Counted from the whole stretch's first letter, positions 13,600 to 26,644 are shown. The stretch: DNA of 63,967 bases, filler included, from Choristocarpus tenellus KU-1152 (GCA_964200185.2; 9 parts of 9 records of this genome joined end to end with filler, not necessarily neighbours in it), one strand, 5' to 3'. Translations and numbers: made by a program. Notes: generated from the letters alone by a model not told the origin.

Positions 13600-16150
13600 C
13601 CATCAGTATGCCAACTCTTTTCTGAAAATGTATCTTGAAACTGGCTGGTTACAGTGGCATCCCTCTCCGGTCTGTAAGTAGGGGTTAATTTCCATGTATC
13701 TGAGTTGAGTATGCTCTCACAGTTAGGGCATTCATGTCTCTGCTCAACTTTACCATTGGGACAGAATTACTGAGTGGGAAAAGGCCTGCTGTAATGTAAA
13801 GCTCTTACATGATGGATAATTTCACATCAACACTAGAGTTGTTTTTTTACCTTGGTGCATTGTACCTCTCTGTAGTAAGCACACCTCATATGAAATGGAG
13901 AGACATGATCCATCTAAGAGGGAGGTCTAGGTACAGAAGATGATAATCACTGACAGGAGCTGTTGTTGTGTAGATAGTTGCACATGCTGAGAGAGCGAAA
14001 ACAATGCACAGAGTCAAAACAATCGAGACAGGCAGGTTTGCTTATTAAAGATGCTGAGTAAAGAGCAAAAAGATTCTGTTTTGTGCAATTGTAGAAAGAT
14101 CCTCAAGTCAATTGTGGTGTGACCTTGTGTGTGGAAAGGGAGAATATCAATTTTGCATACGCTACTGTGCACATAAAGCAACGGAGTAGTGTATTACGCA
14201 GGGTGAGAAAGATGGCTTAGAGTGTAGTAGGTTCAAAACCTGCCTTTCAATTGGCTTGGCACACACACAATCCTTTAGGAATGGCCGTTGTTCAAGGAAG
14301 TGTGAGGTATGCAAGACTTTCTAATGTAGAAGGTAAATTCTTGTAGTGAACAGCTAACAATTTGTTACTGTGATGTGTAGCACAGCATTACACACACTCT
14401 TACGGTGAAGTTAAAAGCATTGTGTCAATAGGATCTGCCTGCAAAACAGGACTTAAATTGAATTTATCTCCTCCCTTCACACTGTTGTGATCAATGCCAA
14501 CTTTGACCAAAATATCTAGAGTAGAGTGTGGTTGCAGATCAGCAGGAAAAGGTGTGAGGTACTCCAAAGTTGTGTGCTATAAAGTGAGAGTGAAACAAAG
14601 TCCATGACCCTTGAGAAGGTATACCTGCTTAAATTGCTCTACTCAAGTTGTGCTTAACTACTGCATTTGCAGTTACAAATCATTCAGGCATGCAGGTGGA
14701 GGTAATCACTCTCCTGTTGGTGTCCAGAAGCCAGTCAGTCACGACTCTTCACAGCACACAGTTGCTTGACTGCAACCGCCCATCTGTATCTTCTAAAGTA
14801 GGAATGGCAAGACATTTTATGAGTGCAGTGATGTTGGCATTTTCTGTGTATTTATGTATACCGAATCGCATCTCCAATACCCCTCAAGGAGTGTTTCTTG
14901 CTTAAGCAAGGAGAAACAGCAGACAGTATTAATTCAACACTGTGAGGAGAAAGAAAATTAAGTAAACATGTTCATTGTTTTCCTCACGATAATCTAAAAC
15001 TATTTTATCAATGGTATCTCATGGAAAAAAATTGTTTGAAGTTTTGCACGCATTGGCAGGGATGTATTGTGCGCAGTGTATAACTTGGCATTTGGCTCGA
15101 TTTTCAACTGAGGGTTGATCACATATATAGAGTGAGGAGAGGGGAACCACACTACCTTCTCAGTCCATGTTCAAGGGAGGTGCGAAGTCTGATGCATCTA
15201 GACGTTACATTTTGTACCCAGTGCTCCATGACTTCAATGTGTAGGGTGTTCAGAGCACACACTACATTTTCTGTGACTGACAACTCATGTACCTCTCTTC
15301 CTGAGTGGAATTGTAGTATTTCAATTTTTGACAGAGGAGTAAGTAGTACAACTATTCCAGACCGACTATCCAACAAAACCTTCCTGAGGACTCAATCGTG
15401 GGTAACACAAAAGCAACCAATAATACGAAGGTGACTCTTAATTTCATTCTTCCTCCACATTGTGTGAACTGCTTCACAATTCCTCTTGTTCCACACTATA
15501 AGCTCCACTTACTTTTAAGATTGCATAGAAATGGGCAACATTGCTCTGTTTCATAGTTTGTGATTTAATGAGAACGGGGTGGATTCCTACAAGCGTCACC
15601 CAAGACATGCCCAGGTGGAAGGGGAGTCGCTGTTGTCAACTCTGATTTGATCTTTCCTTCTCAACAAATGAGTATTTACCTGTGCAGTATCAACGGTGTC
15701 AGTAGTACTGTCACACAATCAACCCCAAAATCCACCTCTGTTTACCTCCTCATTGACCCAGGACAGTCTGGGTTGATCCATTTCTCAATTCTGCGTTCAT
15801 CAGCAGTGCCAGCGAAATCAACCATGCCAACACAAGAGAGAGAAATGCAATTTCTATTAATAGTCCTAATTTTCCAATGAACTGCCTCAATATTTTGATC
15901 TGCAGGAGTGCATCAACATGGAAGGCAGGGTGTGTGTGTGAGAAATTTCAAAGTGGGACCTTTGTTGGATGAAATTCACAAATCCTTGGACAGAACATCC
16001 CCAACTACTGACTCTGTTGAACAATCTTTACAGTTTTCGGGGTTCTATTGCGGAGACTTCCCCACCTGGTAAAGTCACTTAACTTGGCAGATAGTGTTCT
16101 CAGAGAAGAGGACAAACTTAGACCAGTTGAGAACCCCAGGAATATTTGTG
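13600..16150 (-). mobile_element. Degenerate Cys-rich ORF relic, probably a dead DNA transposon
   Basis: Minus strand gives protein-like segments with scattered stops (AVHWKIRTINRNCISLSCVG..WINPDCPGS, IVVLLTPLSKIEIL..CIRLRTSLEHGLRR, CLDCFDSVHC, ECPNCE) and no usable splice pattern. Family not identified. Confidence 0.3.
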
Positions 16151-16571
16151 AAAATACAGAGAATCAAACCAGTTATGTTGCACAGTATTCAACGAAGCGT
16201 GATTGATGCACACTGGGAGGTGAACGGGCGTATCGCTATAGCGTGGAACATGAGGTATGTGACCTCAATAGACAGAACAATTCCTCAAGGAAAAAAAGAG
16301 GGATAATTGGGCGTGATTGTTGTGTTCACACATCATCGACCATAAAGATCGTAAACGTAACAGATGGTAACAAATAATCTGTACTTCACAGGAGAGAAAC
16401 TCAGGGCAGATAACACTCAGATTTGAAACCAAGGTGCAACAACAACAAAAAAATACTAGATATTTAAGAGTGCATCCCAGAAGGTCGACTATTTAAATAT
16501 CTAGGATGAGAAACTGAACGGCTTCACTTCCTCCAGAACTTTCGACAGACATCACCACTCCATTCACTAAA

Positions 16572-18360
16572 TCATGAGGGAGTTGTTTCCTCGAGGAGAT
16601 CCTTGAGCCCATTGCTAGCTACTCCTGGTCTTGCTTTCCGTAGCTCTCCCTTCCTGCAGAACACAAGAAAATGAAAAATTGCACTTTGGAGCTGCTTGAC
16701 ATGGAGGTTGCACAGAGGTTGTGATCTTGGTACAGAGAATAGGCAGAACTACTTTGGCTCAGAAACAGGTCAAGGGTCGAAGGCATCCTGTAGAGTAGGA
16801 ACAGGTCTTTTTGGGTTGATTATTCTTGCGCCCCTCCTTCCTTTCCATCGTGTGGCATGTGGTGAGTAGTGTTCTGATTGGATGGACTTGGTGTGACATT
16901 GAGATTCCTTTCTTTCCCTCTGTTTTCCCCTTCATAATAGTACCTGGTGATGTGTGACAGTGCTACTGATGTACTATCCCATGTATTGGTTGCTGCTAGT
17001 GTTAGTACAATGAACCTACTTGGGTTTCTCTTTCTCGTTAATTTTTCTATATTCTTCTGTAGTAATTGTTTATATCCCAAGCAATGTGCATTGCATTCCT
17101 ATGAATACCTTTCTACCACAGGTCTGGCACCCCTCAGACTAACACGAAGAACAGCAGTAAAACATAGAAAGATAGGATGACCAGGGTGGTGATGGCATCT
17201 TGCTTGTTAGATATCTGCCCAAACTGGTGTCTTGGAATGGTGGTATCTGTACCTGTCAACATATTCAATAACTGCCATATCAGCTGCATCTCCCTTGCGT
17301 GCCCTCTGCAGCTTCAGCACTCTCGTGTAGCCACCCGGTCGATCCCTGCGAATCAGGGCGAGTTATATTAGGGGTGGGTTTAGCGGGAAGGGGGCGACAA
17401 CATCCCTCAAGTATCACTCGATGAATACGTCAAGATATCAAAACGAAACAAAACAACAATGATCAGTGTGCTTTGTAATATACACTTCATTTTTCAAATC
17501 ACTGAAAGATAGGTACGAAACAAAAGCATTATGTGGCATGAACCACAACCGCCAAGTGCAGGGAAGGTGAACGGGGAAACGTATGAAAGGCGGGATAACT
17601 GACACTTGCAGGCAGTAGGTCCTTCCAGCGATCGAGTGAAGGGTGAAGTGTCCACCTCTTTTGGCTACAGAGGAATATGAAAAAAATACAGTCCCCCACT
17701 GACAAGAGTAGGGTGTATCAACAACGTGTACCAAGCATGTGCATCGAGTGCTCCCTCACTTGTATCTTGGTCCCAAGACCTCGAACAGCTTCACGATCGC
17801 AGCCTTCTCTCTTACAACGGCCGCTGCCAACCTTCGGTGGTGCAACGATCCTGTCCCAAGCCGGTGGTAGGGAGCGCGGTAATTGTGCAGCGCTGGGTGG
17901 AACGATGTAAAGGTCCTACAACGACAGACTGCAGCTTACTGCTCAGGGTTAGCACAGTGATTAAAAGAGAAGAGTCGAAATACATGGATAGCGAACTCTC
18001 GGACATGGTCGCGCTGTACGGACGGGTCGCAGACAAGGATGAGTTTGAACGCACCGTTCTTGGCGTGTGTGACCATATTATCTGCAACCTTTCGCAACTC
18101 CTTGGCCTTCGTCACCGTAGTCCTTATGCGCTCATGATAGATAAGAGATGTGACCATATTCCTAGGTCCGAGAAAGGAAGGAAAAAATGTTAGACGTGGT
18201 AGAGAAGGCCTTGATTGTCAAACACCATTCCCCAGCAATCCCAACCCCAAAAACCTACTGCCAAGACCTGTCGCTACTCTATTTAAGCCTCTCACCTCAG
18301 CATTGCCCATCGGTGACTACCATCTCTTCCCAACCTGTGCAGGTTCACACGCTTCTTCAT
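16572..18360 (-). CDS. MRPL17: Organellar (likely mitochondrial) ribosomal protein bL17 (5 exons, 145 aa)
   Basis: Exons 18360-18296, 18161-18055, 17850-17760, 17345-17253, 16653-16572 (438 nt in frame). Protein: [49 protein letters not shown]...[22 protein letters not shown]...[12 protein letters not shown]. No bipartite plastid presequence, hence mitochondrial (inference). Confidence 0.93.
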
Positions 18361-19080
18361 ATTGACTGAAGGGTTAGAGTGATGGCACTGTTGTCCACTT
18401 CACACTTCCTCAACTACATACATTACTCCTATGTTCATGGATAGGGCGTTCGACAAGATAGCAAGGCATTTCCCAGAACGTGTTATACGTTATGGGGGGT
18501 GAAGGATACATAGTTAGGAGGAATTTTTATTGGCCAGGCATAGATATAAGTGGTCCCGTCCACATTTCACACCGGCTCCACAATTATTAACGCGTCCTGG
18601 TCCATGTCCATTTCCCAGACCAGGTCAAAGGTTCTCTAAAATGTCCGGACCATGTCCACCTGGTACTGTACCAATCCATGCCTGCCAGCCCCTAGCCAGA
18701 CTAAGGTGTGTGGACCATGTCTACTCGGTAATTGTTCCGATCCGAGTCCGCCCGCCAGCCAGTCTAACTTTTTTCTTGCACGTCCAGACCTTGACTGCCA
18801 GGGGGCAGTAAATCTTTTCCTGGCACTTCTGGACAATGTCCAGTAGTTGTTTTGCACTAGTCCAACAATGAAATGTGTGTGTTATGTACATGTTGAAGGT
18901 TAAGTTATACTCCAGTCCAGTATGTGCACATAGATTGTACTCTTTCAAATCATCTCTAGACTTTCTTGTTTCATTATCACGAAGAACACATTGGGGGAAA
19001 AGGAGGAGGCATATATGCGTGTTTTTTTTAAATTCACATATTGCTATTTTCACGAAAGATCTTTGACGAAGGAATGTCAA

Positions 19081-19169
19081 GACCCAAAGTATCTGTGGGG
19101 GGGGGGGGGATCTACATTTGGGTGTCCATTTGGGTCAAAATCAGGAAAAGTGCATTTATATTATCCACA
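19081..19169 (-). mobile_element. MITE family 2, end fragment at contig end
   Basis: gacccaaagtatctg-polyG...tgtccatttgg matches the reverse complement of the right part of the full copy at 34783-34979. Confidence 0.75.
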
Positions 19170-19269
19170 NNNNNNNNNNNNNNNNNNNNNNNNNNNNNNN
19201 NNNNNNNNNNNNNTTAATTAATTAANNNNNNNNNNNNNNNNNNNNNNNNNNNNNNNNNNNNNNNNNNNN
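19170..19269. other. Artificial contig linker (N44-TTAATTAATTAA-N44)
   Basis: Identical 100-bp spacer with stop codons in all six frames. Occurs eight times in the window. Confidence 0.98.
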
Positions 19270-19310
19270 CCAAAAGGACAGCCGCCACCCCCTCCTAGAT
19301 ACTTTGAGCA
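19270..19310 (-). mobile_element. MITE family 2, end fragment at contig start
   Basis: Reverse complement reads ctcaaagtatctaggagggggtggcggctgtcc, as at 29330, 36215 and 51587. Confidence 0.75.
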
Positions 19311-19914
19311 TTTGAGGGAACTGACTTCCACTTGGCAAACCCATGCAAGGCGGTAAACAAATAACGGGGATACTGACCCTCCTTACGTATAATGTCCTAC
19401 TTCAGTGGAAATATTCCTCCAGCTGCTGCCAACGGAATAATAGGGTTCCAACCTAGGTAAGGTCAAATATATATATTAGGAAAATTCGATCCATATCTAC
19501 CACATGACAGACTCAATGCAACAATGCAATAGTACACTTGTGTCTTCTTGTCTCGCTAAACCTCAAAAAACACGAAAACCTAAATGACAGTGGGAAGGCT
19601 TCATTTCAACCAGGTGGTTGCTCCACAAAATTCGAAGGAAGAGAGGAAGTGACTAGAGATGGAATACCAGGATCCAACGTGCAAGAAAAATGCAAGGTAC
19701 ATACCACGCACTACAATTAACCAGTAAGAGCAGTGTGCTGTGGCTCTGATCACAGGTTGGGGCTAGGTAGGCCTTTGTACGGAGATGTAGATAATATAAC
19801 GTAATACAACAAGTGGGAGTGCAACAGATGGCAGGAGGGGAGAATAAATCCTTACAAGGAAAATCTTGTAAGGCAGAGAGGGGAGATTCACTGTGTGCAA
19901 CAGAATGAACAGCA

Positions 19915-20170
19915 GAGCCAAATCCTCTTAGAGGGTAGGGATGCGTCCATATGGGACCAAAATCCAATGTTGCGATTTTGATATAATTTGGGCTACCGTG
20001 TTTGTTAGGAAGTGCAGTATCCTTGTTCCGGACACACCTTTTCATAACGTATACATTTTACCTACTCCAAAACATTTTGGAGTGGAAAAACATCATAAAA
20101 AACCCACGGGAAGCCAAGCCCCAAATGGACAAACAGGGCAAAACTCGTACCCTCAAAGATACTTCCACTC
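19915..20170 (+). mobile_element. MITE family 1 (~256 bp)
   Basis: Degenerate TIRs gagccaaatcctcttagagggta ... taccctcaaagatacttccactc. Body aligns by eye with the copies at 25410, 26645 and 28372. Confidence 0.85.
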
Positions 20171-20331
20171 TGTAGCATCACTAATTTGTATTGAAGTGCT
20201 TTGAAATAAACTAACAAACATATAAACTCCAGCCTATGCTATGGTGTGCATAATACTCGCTCTCTCACTCATGATAGAATCAAATTCATTTCAAGTGAGC
20301 ATGGGTAATATATTCTCCAATTGTTCCTCAC

Positions 20332-23300
20332 CTCCAGTCTGGAAAGGTGCTTCGGTAGATGAGATCTTTGAAACATTTTCCCTCTCAGTAACACGAAGCT
20401 CTTCGCTCTTCATCTCATCAGTGTTAGTGTTAGTGGCCCATCTATGCCCTTGTGTCCGTGCCAGGACATATGTGGTGGACAGGAAGAGCACAACTGCAAA
20501 GGGAATAGTAGTGGTCATGCTACTCGAACATGTGGGAAGAAGGTGGAAATATCAAATAGTGCAGCGAGTTTAGTTGGGAAACATTTGATTCATATGGTGA
20601 GATTTTAGGATGGAGTTAAGTCAAGATGTGCAACAGTGATGCGTATGATTTCCATTTGTGTACACCTTCACATTTAGGGAGACCATGGCAGTATAAGATC
20701 ACACATTTACGTATCACCAGATGCCAAAAATTGTGTCAAGTACTCAACAAGTGATACTTCACAAGAATAGGTAAGCATGGTACAAAAAAGTGCAAACTGA
20801 TTAAGTTGTGTTTGTCTTAACTGGCCTGGACTATCCGGTAGAAATATCTCCCTCACCACTACACAAGAGGCCAAACGTTTCTAGCCAGTACATGACACGA
20901 CTTCTTTCGCAGAAACATTTGATGTTGTGAATGGCCTAGCGAGATCATCTATATTGCTCTGTTTGCAAAGTCCGAGTCCTCAACTCATAGACTCGCTAGT
21001 GACAATAGGAAAAATATGGATATTCTACAAACACGCTCTCATCTGAAGGTATCAAGAATTCATTGCTCCATTATATCATTTAAGATGTAACACGCAATGG
21101 TACAAGCATGTACTGCTTGTATAGCATGACAATGCTGTGGATTTTTCTTGTTCTTCCAGCTGATCCAGGACTCCAAATACAGGAGACGTGCTAGAAACGT
21201 TGAACTTAATCACTCAAAAGAAGCAACCCTACCAGTGAGGTAAAGTGGTGGGTTGGTGTAGTGGGTTGTGGTTTTGTTAAGCCTGATACCTAGGCTAGTT
21301 CTTCACACTCTACTTACATGGAATACTATTCACATGCCTGTCCGCAGAGTCATTTATGTATGCTCACACATCTATCACCTTGAACTACTAAGTAATCTGT
21401 ACACGGGGGATCCCCCTGCGGGCAACTAACTGAACATCTGAACACTTCGGCTTACAGTCACTTCCCCACTGAGCTAGAAGTTTGGAGAAACTAGAGTCAA
21501 GACGATATACTTGTGCAGTTGAGGCCTCCAATTTAGCACAGCTCCTATCTCCAGACACAATGCTTAGGTCAAATAGAGATGACAACAAGAGTCAACAACT
21601 ATTGACACAACCATTGCACAGCAGGGTTGCTTGGGATTGAGCACATCGACTTTAACGTACTTTCACCCTTGAAAGATATGCACCTTTCAACATACCATCT
21701 AACGAAAACTTGTGTATCCATCTCACATCAACTTGTCGTAGAAACTGATTCCTTGGGCCATGCAAGAAGCAGAGAGCAACCAGCCGAAGTCTAAACTGAA
21801 CAGACTGATGACAGATAGGAACCCACTGAAGATCGGGGGAAACTTCACCTGCGTGATTTCCGCAAACTTTAATGACAGCGGTTGGAGAAAGCGGATGTTA
21901 GGTTTACTGCATTTGACGTTTCTCACTGCCCGCTCACTTGTGTGTGAGGACATGACAACGAAGCACTACAACTGCAAGTGGAACTCCAATCAAGAGGAAA
22001 TGTACACTGGAGAACAATACCTCAACTTACTTGCGGTATGTTGTAGATTCCACTTTGAATCCCCCGAACATTATTAATCATTTCCCTTTCGTTAAGTATC
22101 AATATTATCATTACCCATATTCAGTATGTGAGCTTCCTACTATCATCACACATGATGAGGCCCTATTATACTATATTAATATTATACTATATTAAAGGAT
22201 AGGTGTGAGGGAAGGGGGAGGAAGACCTAAATTTACATGTTGAAGACTGTGCAGAACTCTATTTGATAAGCAAAGTAAAGAGAGGCAGGAAAGTGAATGT
22301 TGCAAGAAAAATTAAGTCTACATGTTCACAAAATAGTTTGCAGGAAGGTTTGTTAGAAATAATAGTGTAACCTAGATGTAGATTGCTTGTGCGAGGAGAA
22401 AAAATGCCAAGTTCCTGTGGTAGGCTCCCATACAGCATCATGGTAAGCACACTGACCTGAGATATGATTTGCCAGACAACTGGAGAAGAACCAGAGAATC
22501 CCATAAATGTTTGAAGAGAAACATGCGTATTCAAGGGGAATAAGTGGAAGAGTAAAATATCCTGTCAGTACACCTAGGGCAACCTAGTGATGACGGGTTA
22601 AACAACCTAAGCAATTTGTAGTTTCCAGAATGCAAGCTTTGAATCACAAGGAACTCAGCCGTCTCCTGGCCATGACATAAGACGCTCATTTACGCAGCAT
22701 TGACAAGTTAACCTACACACAAGTTGCCTACACTACTTGGGACGATGAAAACTACTCAACAAAGTTCAATCCCTTCAAAGCGTGGTGGACGAACGACTAA
22801 CCTGTGATCCTAAATACCACAAACTGAACATCCATGATGAGTGGAGCTGGGTGGTAAGTAAATGAGGACACAAGTAGGTTTGAACATGAAATGTGCTCAT
22901 ATGACCAACAGCAACAATGCTACCATCTTCCAGCAGCAATAAAAGCATTAATCACCAGCTGCAACACAAGCAATATCCCCATCTCAAATTCCACCCGTCG
23001 GAATAGATTTTGACTGCTTCTTCACCTATGACGATCTTGATCTTCTGGATGGGCACAGTTGACAGAAATCGTTTTGCCATCTTATTGAGTCTACGATTGT
23101 CCTTCTGAGTAGGGGGGGGTGTCTGAAAGACCTCCCACCCTTCACAAGAAGATGACCACTGGACTTGACCTTGCTCCCCTTTCTCCTCCCCTTCATCCTT
23201 ATTCTTATTTTTAATGCCTCCTCGTAGATGTAAGGCTTCTGAAGAACCCTGAGTATCAACCACTGGCCTTGAAGAAGGGGGACATACACCATGTAGCGTT

Positions 23301-23440
23301 TCTCGTATTAGTTGGGTTACGGGGCAATCGGATAGAGCAGAGGATGAAGAATGAAGTACGACTCACTGCGGATGGGAAGACGGATGTACCCTCTTCAAGG
23401 AGATGCTGGAGGAAAGGTGCTTTAGCCCACCTGAGGACCC
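20332..23440 (-). CDS. Partial multi-pass membrane protein, brown-algal adhesin-like/polymorphic membrane protein type (membrane region)
   Basis: Phase-consistent exons ~23440-23367 (tentative), 23248-23026, 22479-22457 (23 nt), 21866-21727, 20519-20332. They give LSTVPIQKIKIVIVVWQIISQFAEITQVKFPPIFSGFLSVISLFSLDFGWLLSASCMAQGISFYDKLIMTTTIPFAVVLFLSTTYVLAR. This resembles, from memory, the KI.IVVWQI..QF...F.L....C....F.D.L block of an expanded Ectocarpus family. Both ends missing. Confidence 0.75.
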
Positions 23441-24065
23441 TGTCCAAACATCATCTACCGCCTTCTTCCCACCAACCTGTACTCCGTCAAACACCAAAGG
23501 AGATATGTATTGGAGGGAAAAAGAAACATTGGCAAGGGGGACTGAAAGATGAAATGGAAATATCTTCGGGACTACAATTCAGAAGAATGGGGATATGGGC
23601 CACTGGTAGAGTTAACTTCCGTGAACCATGTTCAACAACACGTCTTGATGTGCATCTATGCTCCAATCAAATACAAACGTGGTGACATGAGGATTATTAC
23701 CATGTACCAACTGTCTACTTTGTGTAGCAAACCTTGAATACCAAGCTCAAACACGAGACCTGGGCTCCATCAACATATGTTAGGCATATCTCAACCACTA
23801 TTAGGTCCTTTTCGAGGACTTGTAGATGAGCATGCCCATGGCTAAGTGGCCTATGAAGGTTGTTCGTTGTATATGTTTCGATTATTTAAAATTTATCGAC
23901 TCCAGACTTCTCTTCCTATAAATCTGGTTTCGATTATACAAGTCCTTATGCCAAGTGCGACGGATTGTGCACCCATGCCATATTGTTTGTCACTATTTTG
24001 TCAAAACGTCGGAACAAGGTGGTAGGGGTTCATTGCAGAGTGAACCCAAGGCAGGCAAGGTACGT

Positions 24066-24190
24066 TAACTTAGAAAGGGCTGTAGTTCAGTATTTAGGTC
24101 CCGTGTGACTGCCTTCTGGTACATACGCATCTAGCACACCGAAGAAACATTTCATGCTAATGTGGACAAACGATTGTCATCTCATCTAGA
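24066..24190 (+). repeat. Old dispersed repeat (family 3), similar to 27960-28100
   Basis: Shared blocks gtatttagg(g)tc, tctagcac, atttca and aatgt..aca in the same order and spacing. Confidence 0.5.
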
Positions 24191-25163
24191 GCTGAGCTTT
24201 TTATGGGGTTAGATTCATTTTATGCTTGGAAATGGGGTGTAGAGCAAATTGCTAAGAAAACCCTACATACATCAAAGGGATAATAGAGATTCCCCTCTAG
24301 GAAGAATTACTAGGTCAAGGGCAAGATTTGGGGGAGGAGGCACAGGGAATAGTGGAAGGATTACTACACTAACTGCCAAGAAGAACAGTAGAACAGTAGC
24401 AGTGAAACTAGCCTAAGCGCGACAGTTCATTATTACTGCGGCTAGAATGAGGAGCGCTGCAATGTGTAGAGTCTCCAACCACAGGTCAAAGTATCCTTTA
24501 AAACATAGTGAATAGTTCGTAGAACAAAATATCACCAAGAAATTGTATCTCAAGTGGATTAAATTATGCAATGTTTGTGTAGTGGAAATCCATTTGTATA
24601 CATTGCATATGCTATCCCCTTATGGCAACTCCGTTCTCTCTTTTGTGTACGGAGAAATCATTTTCTAGTTTTGCTTCAATTTGAAGAAATATAAATATTT
24701 GAGAATTAAGGCAGGAGAGAGAGGAATGTTTATGAACAAATATGCTCCATTCCCGTTCGTTCATACCCAGAGCACATATTTAACTCTTGAACACGACTAC
24801 AGATGCAAGTGCATACATACTACAGTATGCAGCATGCACGCTACCCTCTCGTACTTTAAATATGGAATGCAATTAAACATTTCTTCTTCATTTATCCACA
24901 GATGTACATGTGCCATATAGGCTAGGAACTCTTTAGGGAGTTATATGTTTAGTGAACAGAAAAATACAACAGAAGTATTGACTGAGTATAGTAAGGGTCA
25001 AGGATTTGATTTGGTGTGCTTAGAGCCACAGGTTCGGGTTTCGATGGATTGATTTCTTATTTTGTTCAATACAAGTGGCTGACGTAGTGCGACTGACACA
25101 GACACATGTTGACGTGTCTGATGACGTGCGCAATAGATAATAATATAAGTAAGAGCACCCCAC

Positions 25164-25263
25164 NNNNNNNNNNNNNNNNNNNNNNNNNNNNNNNNNNNNN
25201 NNNNNNNTTAATTAATTAANNNNNNNNNNNNNNNNNNNNNNNNNNNNNNNNNNNNNNNNNNNN
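25164..25263. other. Artificial contig linker
   Basis: N44-TTAATTAATTAA-N44. Confidence 0.98.
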
Positions 25264-25340
25264 CTTCTCATTGATCCCCATTCAAAACGGGGCCCTAAAA
25301 AAGTTTTAGGACATTTACAAAAAAACATATGGACACTTTC

Positions 25341-25409
25341 CGCGCACCATTTCGGTCAAACCCATCCTCCATGAAATGATCCATCCGCCATTATCATGAT
25401 CCGCTGTTA
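25341..25409 (+). repeat. End of a young dispersed repeat, abutting a truncated MITE
   Basis: 69 bp identical to the reverse complement of 63899-63967. Confidence 0.9.
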
Positions 25410-25633
25410 TTTGGGGACCAAACTCCAATGTTGCAATTTTGATGTAATTTTGGCTATCATGTTTGTTAGGAGATGTCAATATCCTAGTTCCAGACACACA
25501 TTTTCATAATGTATACATTTTACATACTCCAAAACATTTTGTAGTAGGAAAATATCATTATAAAACCCGTGAGAAGCCAAGCCCCAAATGGACAAACAGG
25601 GAAAAACTTGTACCCTCTAAGATACTTTCACTC
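25410..25633 (+). mobile_element. MITE family 1, left end missing
   Basis: Starts at tttggggaccaaactccaatgttgc and ends with the right TIR taccctctaagatactttcactc. Confidence 0.85.
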
Positions 25634-26644
25634 GCCTCAAATTAAAATAGTTACATTGAAGGTACCTACACAGAAAGTCACTGAACCTTTGGGAGCTGTG
25701 TGTGAGTTCTTTCCTTCGTCTGCAAGTATTCTAATTGCGAATGTGCGTGGAAATGATACATGGTGCGGCATGGTACTGTCTGTTGTTGTGTCACCCTCTC
25801 AACCTCAAACAAAAGAGAGGTTTTATCACAGACTTGGGCGAACTCTTGAAAATTGGACAAAGCTGCTTCACACCTAAAGCGGTATCAATAGTTTCGCGGT
25901 CTGTGCAATTCTGCTTTTTCACCGTATCACCGCAACAGATATACAACCATATATATGTCAAATGAAAGCTTATGACAAGACCTTTTGAAGGTTTGTATCC
26001 AGGAATGTACAAACTTCGGTGAACGGGAACTATGTCATGATAGAATAATGGACAAAACGCAGGGGAATATCCCCAGTGCAATTTTGAAGGTCACAACTTC
26101 AAAATGTACAAAAATGAAGTGGTTGGCTGAACTCCTTGCAGAAAACTGGTTGGGGATTGGTCGCTGCCCAGGTTTGGCTGGTTTGGTCCACCGATAATAA
26201 AAAGACTCTCTGTGAGCACACACACACGTAACTTACACAACAACATGAACCGCGATGGTGAGACAAGGAGAGCTGCCGAGGCCACTCTGCCTTCTGGATC
26301 TACCCTCAGCACCTCCTCTGTCGAGAGGGGACGGAAAAACAAGTACCGTGTGACACTCAGTGCGATGCTAGATGACGAGAAAGTGCGAGTAGTGTGGCCC
26401 AGCAGCATAATCGAATCATGAAATGGACCACGTGGTCGCGACACTGACTCTGAGAGAAGATGCATTGAAAGCATTACCACACAAGCGTGGTTGGATCTTC
26501 AACCACGTCGGAGCACTGCTCTGCAGTGTCTGCCGCCTCAGGAAAGCAGGAAGAGAACAGCAAGTCCATTACCAGGTGTGGTAGAGTGATTAAGTCTGTG
26601 GGGAAACCTGGTCATGGTGGGTGAAGTGAGAACCAGAGCGACCG

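Noticed and set aside
19081-19310. Two MITE halves either side of linker 1 suggesting true adjacency
   Set aside because: Orientation is compatible, but there is no matching TSD and this family ends many contigs, so coincidence is likely.
26200-26640. Copia gag relic (GKPGH-like knuckle remnant)
   Set aside because: The Cys residues are absent and similarity is too weak to support.
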